Shown piece by piece: positions 50,594 through 59,156 of a DNA stretch of 64,000 bases (within the stretch, counting starts at the first letter, position 1; each line of letters starts with the position of its first letter). The DNA lies in contig JBEKQZ010000001.1 of the NCBI GenBank assembly GCA_049519175.1, positions 17,021-81,020 of the forward strand, read 5' to 3'. This DNA is from Candidatus Levyibacteriota bacterium. Its GTDB lineage: Bacteria; Patescibacteriota; Microgenomatia; Levybacterales; UBA12049. A program made the translations under genes and the position numbers. The notes beneath the pieces were generated by a model. That model was given only the letters and a program-made list of their open reading frames with translations. It was not told where the DNA came from and did not search any database.

Positions 50594-51321
50594 ATTTTTT
50601 CCACTTTCGTTTTAACCACCAATCTTTTCCAAGTTGTGCCGGGCGGTGTGCAAGTGACCAGAGTTAAATAACTATCGTCAAAGCTTTGTTCCAAAATAGA
50701 AGTGTTCTCCGGGTCAACGACGGTAATATTTTGCACTTGATATTTGTAAGTAGATTTACCGACATTAACGATAATTTCATCGCCGGGGGATAACTCATAC
50801 AGATAAGTAAAAACGGTTTTGTAACTTTTGGCATCGTAGAGTTGAGGTAGGGTGGAATGTCCAAAAACTACCGCATTACCTTTCTCGCCGGGAATAGCGG
50901 TCCCACCATAATTTACCAAATGACTGGCTAAATCATTATCAACCGTTGATACGACAGCATTGACTATGTTTAATTTAGGGATTGATAAGGAGTAAGTTGT
51001 TACTTGCTGTTTTGTATTCGATTGCCTTTTAAAATTAGGAAACCAATTATCAGCATTATTATAGTCAACGCCGCTAAGCGTGTTTGAGGCTTCGGCCAAA
51101 AGAGTTTGAAAAGTTGAGCTATTTACAATAGTGCTTTGCGGGATCGGGGAGCTAATATTTTGACTGGCAAATACCGGCGCAAAATAGATTTGCCAAGAAA
51201 TTAACGGTAGAAAAACGTAAGCCGTGATTACTAGTCCTATCGCAAAAATTCCTAACCCGATTAAGCGGGTGAATTTCTTCTTTCTATTTCCTTGGGCTTT
51301 TTTGTAATAAACTTTTGGCAT
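50590..51321 (-). CDS. Sortase
   Basis: N-terminal TM; catalytic His (FGHS), Cys (LTLVTC) and Arg (KRLVV). Confidence 0.92.
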   Translation of the reverse strand: MPKVYYKKAQGNRKKKFTRLIGLGIFAIGLVITAYVFLPLISWQIYFAPVFASQNISSPIPQSTIVNSSTFQTLLAEASNTLSGVDYNNADNWFPNFKRQSNTKQQVTTYSLSIPKLNIVNAVVSTVDNDLASHLVNYGGTAIPGEKGNAVVFGHSTLPQLYDAKSYKTVFTYLYELSPGDEIIVNVGKSTYKYQVQNITVVDPENTSILEQSFDDSYLTLVTCTPPGTTWKRLVVKTKVEKI

Positions 51322-53672
51322 TATTTGGCAGTGATTTGGATTGTGATATTTTTAGGATTACCCGGCAGGTTGGTGGATAAGAAAGGAAGGCTTGGTTTTA
51401 GCTCAATGCCGACGTTTTCAACTTGAGAAAGACTGGAGAGTATGCTTCTGGCTTTGGTTAGCGAAGTCCCGGCAATTTGTTTGGCTATTTGGTTATTATC
51501 GAATTTGGGCAAAAGATTAGCACTAATTGCTAAATCTGCGGAGACGTCCCCGTTGTCGGCAACCGTAATATTTTTGGCGTTAACCGAAAGATTGTTTTTG
51601 CTAAGTTGAGTATTGCCACTGCTAAAAAGCGAATTGGCAACGGATAACATATCCGAAGCGTTGTAAGTTAAGCTTTGAAAATCGACCGTACCTTTTAGCG
51701 TTACACTGCTGGCCTGGTCCCCGGCATTTTTATCGAAGCTTTTATTGCTAATTGTTTCGCTGGTAAAACCGGACAATAAGACATTATCTCCCGTAACTTT
51801 GCTTTGCAGGTCGTTTTTAGCCTTGCTTTCAAGCTGTTTAGGCAATCCGTCTAAAAGTTTTTGAATGTCGTCTTTAGAGACAACCGTGACGGTTTTTTTG
51901 GCTCCGCCGGAAAACGCATTATCGTTTTTGGCGGCCACATCCCCAAGTGAATAATCGCCGACGCTGAATTTAGTTCCGGACGGTAAATTATAGTTTTGGC
52001 CGATATCGGAAGCCGTTATATTCACCGTGGCAGTCCCGGGGGTTTGATTAGAAGCATCTCCGGACGCCGAAGCCACTGAGGTGTCGCTGTCCAGAGTAAA
52101 ACTTAAATTATCTGGAGAAGTAATAGTTGTTCCGGAGGGCAAATCGATTGGGTTACTGGTGGCGTTAAAAATGGTTACGGAACCCTTAGCGGCAGTGCCG
52201 ATATCTTTTGTGCCACTGGAATTAACAGACATACTGCCGTCTTCGGAAACGGAAACCGGTTGCGAAGCAATAACACTGCTGGCAATATCCGTGGCTTTAT
52301 TTGAAGAAAAAGTAACCGAGGTAGTTTTCTGGTCGGATTTAGGATTAACCAAAAGCGTTACGGTTGCTTGGGCGTTGAAAATTAAGAAGAATGCTCCCAG
52401 CAAAAGTAGAATCACAATTGCGGCAGGAATAATTAGCACGGCATTTCGTTTTGATTTTCCGGCCGGATTGAATTTTTTGAAGAAGTTTATTATTGATACT
52501 CTAGCTTTAGCAGCTGTTAGGAGAGCAGTTCGTACCAATCCTGTTTTTGTTTCTTCTTCGATTTTTTCTTCTTCGGGAATTTCATTGAATTCCTCTTTAA
52601 TTACTTCGTCCGGCACTTTTTTCATTACCGGTTCGGGCTCCGGTTTTGCGCTTTTAGCGATATCGACTCCTTCGGCAAAGCCGAAATAAGCCAGTGAGTC
52701 GTCGGGGCTAATATAATCAGGTTTGTTGGTTGCGTTGACTGTTGCTCCTTCACTAGTTCCTACCGATTCGCCCGTTGCTTTTTCCCTTTCCTTGGCTTCC
52801 GACGCTGCAACCTTAGCGTTTATTTCCTCAAATTCTTTCGGTGTTTGGACCGGTTCGAAATTTGAAAATTCCTCAGGAGAGATCTTTTTTGGTTGTTCAT
52901 CGAAATCCACATTTTGCGAATCATAGATTAGTTGGGCGCCCATTTGAGTAGCGGCGCCTAAAAGCATGGCCTTAATTGATGCATCTTTGGGTAGGGTGGT
53001 AATTTGCGGCAGGTGCAGAAACGGTAAGCTTTTGCTCCATGGATGCCCGATAAACTCTTGGGTTATTTCTTCGTCATCAGCTCCGTAGATAACCACCCGG
53101 GATGGCATTGCTTCAGTAGCCTGAAAATGTTTTAGAAGCGTGTCAACCGTAAATGGAGCAGATTCGTGGATTTCCGAAGATTTGGTCTCGATAATTTTAC
53201 CGCTTTTAACCAAGGAAACGGTAATAAATTTTGTTCCCATATCCACCAAAACTGCGGTAACTGGTGCGCCTTCCTCCTGCTGTAAGAGATTAATAACGCT
53301 TTCGCTGGAAACCAAAAAACCAATCGGCTCAAGCGCCAATTCGTCGCTAGCTTTTTTTAGTTTTTCCAAATACTCCTTTTTAATTTTATTGTCTTCAATC
53401 CAATTTTCTTTTAATCCGAAGATGGTTTTGTGGCTTTCGACATTATCCGGTAGGACATTTTCCGCCTGGCTAATCGATTTATCCAAAACCTCCAGAAATT
53501 GTTCGGTCGTAGCGTCTTCAATCGTATTGTCAAAATCTTCTTCCCCATGTCCCAGGTATTTGATGACATTGCCCGATTTGGCAAATAAGATTGAGGTGGC
53601 TCGTTCATTCCTTAGCACCAGAGCCATATAGTATTCCGGTTTAACCTTACTGTCTAAAAAAGGCAACTTCAT
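51321..53672 (-). CDS. Bitopic protein: FtsA/PilM-like cytoplasmic domain, acidic linker, TM, baseplate-J-like extracellular domain
   Basis: VLVDMGTKFITVSLVKSG actin-fold-like motif; AKGSVTIFN…LPSGT…F…ASDIGQNYN…FSGG J-like segment. Confidence 0.6.
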   Translation of the reverse strand: MKLPFLDSKVKPEYYMALVLRNERATSILFAKSGNVIKYLGHGEEDFDNTIEDATTEQFLEVLDKSISQAENVLPDNVESHKTIFGLKENWIEDNKIKKEYLEKLKKASDELALEPIGFLVSSESVINLLQQEEGAPVTAVLVDMGTKFITVSLVKSGKIIETKSSEIHESAPFTVDTLLKHFQATEAMPSRVVIYGADDEEITQEFIGHPWSKSLPFLHLPQITTLPKDASIKAMLLGAATQMGAQLIYDSQNVDFDEQPKKISPEEFSNFEPVQTPKEFEEINAKVAASEAKEREKATGESVGTSEGATVNATNKPDYISPDDSLAYFGFAEGVDIAKSAKPEPEPVMKKVPDEVIKEEFNEIPEEEKIEEETKTGLVRTALLTAAKARVSIINFFKKFNPAGKSKRNAVLIIPAAIVILLLLGAFFLIFNAQATVTLLVNPKSDQKTTSVTFSSNKATDIASSVIASQPVSVSEDGSMSVNSSGTKDIGTAAKGSVTIFNATSNPIDLPSGTTITSPDNLSFTLDSDTSVASASGDASNQTPGTATVNITASDIGQNYNLPSGTKFSVGDYSLGDVAAKNDNAFSGGAKKTVTVVSKDDIQKLLDGLPKQLESKAKNDLQSKVTGDNVLLSGFTSETISNKSFDKNAGDQASSVTLKGTVDFQSLTYNASDMLSVANSLFSSGNTQLSKNNLSVNAKNITVADNGDVSADLAISANLLPKFDNNQIAKQIAGTSLTKARSILSSLSQVENVGIELKPSLPFLSTNLPGNPKNITIQITAK

Positions 53673-53674
53673 AA

Positions 53675-55447
53675 TTAGCCGACAACGGCATAGATTCGGC
53701 GCTGTCCGTGGCCGATATTCTCCTGCTTTATTATTTTAAACTTTTTAATTTCACCTGTAAAATTTACATGAGGTCCTCCGCAGAATTCTTTGGAGTAGTC
53801 GCCGACAAAATAAACCTTAACATTGTCAGCGTATTTTTCGTCAAACAAGCCGATTGCCCCCAGTTGTTTGGCTTTGGCAAGCGGTAGAATTTCGAAATGT
53901 ACGGGTAAATTCTCTTTAATTTTTTCGTTGACGGTGGCCTCAATTTGAGTAATTTCGTTATCCTCTAGCTTCCGATCGAAGTTGAAATCAAATCTTACCC
54001 GTTCACTTGTTATGTTCGAACCTGTTTGATGGAGTTGTTCTCCAAACATGTCTCGTAAGGCTTTATGTAAAAGGTGAGTAGCGGTATGTCCCATGATAGT
54101 TTTTTCGGCATGGTCGGCTAAACCGCCTTTGAATTTTTGTTCGGCGCCGGCTCTGGATAATTTTTGGTGTTCTTCCATCTTTTTGGCAAATTCCTGCTCG
54201 TTAAAAACATAACCTAATCCTCTGATTTGAGTTGGAGAAAGACCATGTGTTGTATACATTCTAAAGGCATCATCGGCAGAAATTTCTTTAGTATTTTTCG
54301 TTCCTCCTGTAGTTTTTAGTAGCTTTTCCGCTTCACTAATTGTTCTTTGGTAGTTTTGTAGTTCTTCTAAAATGACATTTTTTATTTCCTCATATTTTTC
54401 TTTTAAATCTTCGTCAGTCGTTGAGTATTGTTCAACAATTTTTTCTATTACTGTTGTAATATTCTCGCCGTCCAAGATGCGGAAATTATCGAGTGCACGC
54501 CTAATTAGTCTTCGTAAAATATACCCTTGCTCGGTCTTCGCTGGTTTGATGCTGGCAGCAGCAATAAACGTCGATGCTACTAGATGGTCGGCGATAATCT
54601 GCATTTCCTTTTTGTTTTGGTCATAAGTCTTACCACTTTCGTCCTCAATAGTTTTTATTATCGAGGCAAAAAGGGAAGTCTGGAAAACGTCGGACTTATT
54701 TTCAACCGCCGCCAATAATCTCTCGACGCCCCCGCCATAATCAACATTTTTTTGCGGTAGTTCTTCGAAACTTTGCTCCGTTTTTCGATATTGCATAAAA
54801 ACAGAATTCGCAATTTCCATAAACTTACCGCATTTGCAGTCAATCGGATTGTCCTTGCATTCGGGTTGATGTTCGACTTCGTCAAAACGATAATAAACTT
54901 CGGTGTCAGGTCCGCCGATTTCGCCGACTGGCATATTTTTAGGAAGACCACTACGTGACCACCAATCTGTATCGTCAAAAGTTATTTTTTCTTTCGGATT
55001 AAATCCGTCTTTTTTCAGGATTTCCGCCCAAATTCCATATGCTTCTTCGTCTTTTTGAATATTTCCGTAGCCGTTAAAAACAGTAATAAACAGTTTCTCC
55101 TTGGGGAGTCCGAACTCTTTTATCAAAAGCTCCCATAGCCAGGGAATTTCTTCGTTTTTAAAATAATCTCCAAGAGACCAATTGCCAAGCATTCGGAAAA
55201 ATGTCTCGTGACGGTTGTCTCCGACTTCCTCGATATCAACCGCCCGGAAACAATTCTGAACATCAACCAATCTTTTTCCGGCAGGATGTTGTTCGCCCAT
55301 TAGATAGGAGACTAAAGGTTGCATCCCCGCGGATGTGAAAAGCGTAGTTGGGTCGTTTTCCGGAATCAGCGGAGAATTAGCAATGCGTTTGTGCCCGCGT
55401 TTTTCAAAAAAACTAATGTAGATATCAATAATTTCTCTAGCTGTCAT
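53675..55447 (-). CDS. alaS: Alanyl-tRNA synthetase lacking the C-Ala domain
   Basis: LFTSAGMQP, MLGNWSLGDYFK, GYILRRLIRR; editing motifs HTATH and EFCGGPH. Confidence 0.96.
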   Translation of the reverse strand: MTAREIIDIYISFFEKRGHKRIANSPLIPENDPTTLFTSAGMQPLVSYLMGEQHPAGKRLVDVQNCFRAVDIEEVGDNRHETFFRMLGNWSLGDYFKNEEIPWLWELLIKEFGLPKEKLFITVFNGYGNIQKDEEAYGIWAEILKKDGFNPKEKITFDDTDWWSRSGLPKNMPVGEIGGPDTEVYYRFDEVEHQPECKDNPIDCKCGKFMEIANSVFMQYRKTEQSFEELPQKNVDYGGGVERLLAAVENKSDVFQTSLFASIIKTIEDESGKTYDQNKKEMQIIADHLVASTFIAAASIKPAKTEQGYILRRLIRRALDNFRILDGENITTVIEKIVEQYSTTDEDLKEKYEEIKNVILEELQNYQRTISEAEKLLKTTGGTKNTKEISADDAFRMYTTHGLSPTQIRGLGYVFNEQEFAKKMEEHQKLSRAGAEQKFKGGLADHAEKTIMGHTATHLLHKALRDMFGEQLHQTGSNITSERVRFDFNFDRKLEDNEITQIEATVNEKIKENLPVHFEILPLAKAKQLGAIGLFDEKYADNVKVYFVGDYSKEFCGGPHVNFTGEIKKFKIIKQENIGHGQRRIYAVVG

Positions 55448-55482
55448 TACTACTCATTATATCAGTCTAAAGCGAATTTAAA

Positions 55483-55563
55483 CAAACAAAAAATAGAGGC
55501 CCCGCATGTTTGCCCAAGCAAGGCCTCCGCGCAAAATTATAAACTTTCATTTCAGAAAGTCAA
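55483..55563 (-). ncRNA. Candidate ~45-nt small RNA with its own promoter and terminator
   Basis: TTGACT-16-TATAAT, then an 11-bp stem GGAGGCCTTGC/GCGGGGCCTCT followed by ATTTTTTGTTTG. Confidence 0.4.
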
Positions 55564-55593
55564 TCCTCGAAAAGTTTCTAGAACATTTACCCC

Positions 55594-55623
55594 TTGACAC
55601 AAACTCAAGATGTATGATATAAA
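55594..55623 (+). promoter_or_regulatory. rpoBC promoter
   Basis: TTGACA-18-TATAAA with a TG extension. Confidence 0.6.
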
Positions 55624-55644
55624 AACAATCACTCTATAGGAATC

Positions 55645-55678
55645 AATGGAAAAGGTGAAAAACCTTTCCCATTTTTTT
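55645..55678 (+). terminator. Terminator-like hairpin in the rpoB leader (possible attenuator)
   Basis: AATGGAAAAGGT-GAAAA-ACCTTTCCCATT-TTTTT. Confidence 0.5.
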
Positions 55679-55736
55679 GGCATCTGCCATCTTTCTATAA
55701 GACGGATTTATAAATTAGTTTTGGGGAATTTATCTA

Positions 55737-58700
55737 ATGGCAAAAAAAAGCAACAACGACAATACGAATCAACCAAGAACTAACTGGGGAAAAGACTTTT
55801 CTTTACTTCCGAATTTAGATCTTCTTGCTATTCAAAAGCAATCTTATAAGTGGTTTTTGGAGCAAGGTATTAAGGAAGTCCTCCAAGAAATTTCCCCGAT
55901 TGATGACTTCACCGAAAAGAACTGGACCCTCGAACTAAAAGACTACAGAATCGGAAAAACAACCAACACACCGGAGATTGCACTCTCCAAAGGTGTGACT
56001 TTTGATGCTCCTTTATACGTTAATGCGACCTTAACCAATAAAAAAACCGGAGCTACCTATGACCAGGAAGTTTTCTTGGGTGACATTCCGCAAATGACCG
56101 AGCGCGCAACTTTTGTTATCAACGGGATCGAAAGAGCGGTTGTTAATCAATTGGTTAGAAGTCCAGGAGTTTTCTTTACCGCCACTCAGGATAATGTTAC
56201 CGGAAAAACTCTTTATAACGCCGAAATTAGACCCGTGCACGGCAGCTGGCTGGAATTCATCACTACCCGTCACGAAACCGTGATGGTCAAAATTGACCGG
56301 CGCCGAAAGTTTTTGGTCACCACCTTTCTTCGAGCTTTAGGCATTTCTTCAAACGATGACATTAAAAACAGATTTAGAGACGTTGAGACCGACGGTAAAA
56401 CCCAATTTATCGAAAATACCTTGCTTAAAGATGAAACTACCGATGCGCAAGAAGCTCTAATTGAAATTTTCCGCAAAATGCACCCCGGTGAGCCGGTTGT
56501 TTTGGATAAAGTCCGGGAAAATTTCCTCGGGATGTTTTTTAATAATAGAAGATATGATTTGGGAGCGGTCGGACGATACAAAATCAATAAGAAATTAGAC
56601 GGCACCGCCGGATTCCACGCGCCAAATTTAGACACCAAGATTTTAACCGTTGAAGATATTATCGGTACCATTTCCTTTCTCATTAAATTGGCCCAAGGCA
56701 CAGAAGGCATCGACGACATCGATTCCTTAGCTAACCGCAGAGTCAGATGTGTCGGCGAATTAGTTGCCACGACCGCTTTCCGCATCGGCGCGTTAAGGCT
56801 CGAGAGAAGCGTTAAAGAAAGAATGAGTTTAATCCAGCCCGACGTGCCGGTTTCCATCGGTGGACTAATTAACGCCCGGCCGATTATGGCGGCCATTAAC
56901 GAATTCTTCCGCACTTCACAGCTATCAACTATTTTGGACCAGACTAATCCGTTGTCCGAAATCGATAATTTAAACCGCTTAACGGTGATGGGAACCGGCG
57001 GAATCAGTAGGGAACGCGCGGCCTTTTCCATCCGCGATATCAACAGCTCGCAGTATTCCCGGATTTGTCCGATCCGAAGCCCTGAAGGCCCAAACATCGG
57101 CTTGGTCACGTATTTGGCTTTATACGCTAAAGTCAACGAATTTGGCTTTTTGGAAGCGCCCTACCGCAAAGTCGTGCATGAAAAACGCGGCAAGGACATT
57201 AAATCCATCGCCACCAACGAAATAGTTTATCTTTCGGCCGACGACGAAAGAAAACATTACATCACCGACGCCCAAGTAGTGACAGCGGATAATAAAATTA
57301 TTGACGAAAGAGTTCCGGTCAGGTTTAACGGCGAATTTATGGAGTCGGCCAAAGAAGCAGTCGAATATGTTGATTTGGTGCCGCGCCAAGTAGTTGGCAG
57401 CGCCGCCTCTTTAATTCCGTTTGTCAGTCATGATGAGGCCAACCGTGCTTTGATGGGCACGCATATGCAGTGTCAGGCAGTGCCTTTAATTTCTCCACAA
57501 AGCCCGGTGGTGGGAACCGGTATGGAAGGGTTAATTTCGCAGATGATGGGCCGGGTTATTTACGTACCTTATGACGCCCAAGTAACGTATGCCGATGCAC
57601 AAAAAATTATCATCAAGGGCAAGGGTCAAAAAGAAGAAACTTTTAAAGTCTTTTCTTTCCAGAGAACTTCCCAAGCCACCGCCTACACGCAAAGAACCAT
57701 GGTTAAAACCGGACAGAAAGTTAAAAAAGGCGACCTTTTAATCGACGGACCGGCTTCACAAAACGGGGAACTGGCTTTAGGCCAAAATCTGTTAATCGCT
57801 TACACTTCTTTGGACGGCTTGGGTTATGAAGACGGTATTGTTATTTCGGACAGAATGGTTAAAGAAGATTTGCTGTCTTCAATTCACATTGAAAGATACG
57901 AATCGGCAGTGGTGGAAACCAAATTGGGGCCGGAAGAAACCACCCGCGATATCCCCAATGTTTCGGAAGAGGATTTGGCCAATTTGGACGAAGAGGGAAT
58001 TGTGGTTATCGGTTCGGAAGTTTCGCCGGGCGATATTTTGGTCGGAAAAATCGCGCCCAAAGGCGAAACCGAGCTTTCCGCCGAAGAAAGATTGTTACGC
58101 GCTATTTTTGGCGAGCAAGCCAGGGAGGTCCGGGATACTTCGCTTCGTATGCCGCACGGCGAAAGAGGCACGGTTATCGATGTGCAGATTCTGGACCGAA
58201 AAAAAGGCGACGAACTGGAGCCGGGCACGATGCGCAAGATTTTGGTGGAAGTGGCACAACTTCGCCACGTGGTTATCGGCGACAAACTGGCCGGACGACA
58301 CGGCAACAAAGGCGTTATCTCCAAAATTCTGCCGGAAGTGGATATGCCGCATTTGGCGGACGGCACGCCGGTTGATATCATTATTTCTCCGATTTCCGTT
58401 TTGGCTCGTATGAATTTGGGCCAGCTGTTGGAAGCGCATCTGGGCTGGGCGGAAATCAATTTGGGCGAAAAAATTTCGGCGCCGGTTTTTGAAGAAATCA
58501 ACGAAGATAAAATTATTTCCGAACTCAAAAAAGCCGGGCTGCCGGTGGAGGGTAAAACCATTCTTTACGACGGACGAACCGGCGAGCCCTACGAAAATCC
58601 GGCGGCGGTCGGAATTGAATACATGATGAAATTAATCCACATGGTTGAGGATAAGACGCATGCCCGCTCGACCGGACCATACTCATTAGTTACCCAACAG

Positions 58701-59156
58701 CCTTTGGGCGGAAAAGCGCAAATGGGCGGACAGCGTTTGGGAGAAATGGAAGTCTGGGCACTGGAAGCGCACCGGGCCAGATACACTTTGCAGGAAATGC
58801 TGACGACCAAATCTGACGATGTAGTCGGAAGGGCCAAAGCTTTTGAAGCCATCGTCAAAGGAATGGATATTCCCACGCCAAAAGTGCCGGAGTCATTTAA
58901 AGTTTTAATTAAAGAACTTAACGCTTTGGGTTTAAATGTAGTGCCGGTCGGGGCGACAGTGGTTAAAGCGCCCGTCGACGCACCTGTAGAGTCAATTGAA
59001 GTGGAAAAAGAACAAGAGGCAGTGGCGGGCGAAGCCAAAGAGCTGGAAAAAGAGTTAGGCGGGACAGACGTGGTTGAAGAAGGCAGCGTTTCCGCCGGCA
59101 CGCCGCTTCAAGAAGCAGGGACTCAAGCAGAAACGGAGGCAGGAACAAATGAATAA
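55737..59156 (+). CDS. rpoB: RNA polymerase beta subunit
   Basis: QLVRSPG, PEGPNIGL, GDKLAGRHGNKGV and GGQRLGEME. Confidence 0.99.
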   Translation: MAKKSNNDNTNQPRTNWGKDFSLLPNLDLLAIQKQSYKWFLEQGIKEVLQEISPIDDFTEKNWTLELKDYRIGKTTNTPEIALSKGVTFDAPLYVNATLTNKKTGATYDQEVFLGDIPQMTERATFVINGIERAVVNQLVRSPGVFFTATQDNVTGKTLYNAEIRPVHGSWLEFITTRHETVMVKIDRRRKFLVTTFLRALGISSNDDIKNRFRDVETDGKTQFIENTLLKDETTDAQEALIEIFRKMHPGEPVVLDKVRENFLGMFFNNRRYDLGAVGRYKINKKLDGTAGFHAPNLDTKILTVEDIIGTISFLIKLAQGTEGIDDIDSLANRRVRCVGELVATTAFRIGALRLERSVKERMSLIQPDVPVSIGGLINARPIMAAINEFFRTSQLSTILDQTNPLSEIDNLNRLTVMGTGGISRERAAFSIRDINSSQYSRICPIRSPEGPNIGLVTYLALYAKVNEFGFLEAPYRKVVHEKRGKDIKSIATNEIVYLSADDERKHYITDAQVVTADNKIIDERVPVRFNGEFMESAKEAVEYVDLVPRQVVGSAASLIPFVSHDEANRALMGTHMQCQAVPLISPQSPVVGTGMEGLISQMMGRVIYVPYDAQVTYADAQKIIIKGKGQKEETFKVFSFQRTSQATAYTQRTMVKTGQKVKKGDLLIDGPASQNGELALGQNLLIAYTSLDGLGYEDGIVISDRMVKEDLLSSIHIERYESAVVETKLGPEETTRDIPNVSEEDLANLDEEGIVVIGSEVSPGDILVGKIAPKGETELSAEERLLRAIFGEQAREVRDTSLRMPHGERGTVIDVQILDRKKGDELEPGTMRKILVEVAQLRHVVIGDKLAGRHGNKGVISKILPEVDMPHLADGTPVDIIISPISVLARMNLGQLLEAHLGWAEINLGEKISAPVFEEINEDKIISELKKAGLPVEGKTILYDGRTGEPYENPAAVGIEYMMKLIHMVEDKTHARSTGPYSLVTQQPLGGKAQMGGQRLGEMEVWALEAHRARYTLQEMLTTKSDDVVGRAKAFEAIVKGMDIPTPKVPESFKVLIKELNALGLNVVPVGATVVKAPVDAPVESIEVEKEQEAVAGEAKELEKELGGTDVVEEGSVSAGTPLQEAGTQAETEAGTNE

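Noticed and set aside
51321-53672. Prophage or contractile injection system suggested by the baseplate-J-like domain
   Set aside because: No sheath, tube, spike, terminase or integrase nearby; the gene is TM-anchored inside a housekeeping operon.
55448-55590. T-box riboswitch for alaS
   Set aside because: No GGTGGnACC T-box or stem I, and the segment is too short; kept only as an sRNA candidate.
59074-59156. rpoB-rpoC fusion or programmed frameshift
   Set aside because: A simple 8-nt overlap with an ATG at 59149 and an upstream GGAGG explains it; no slippery site is needed.
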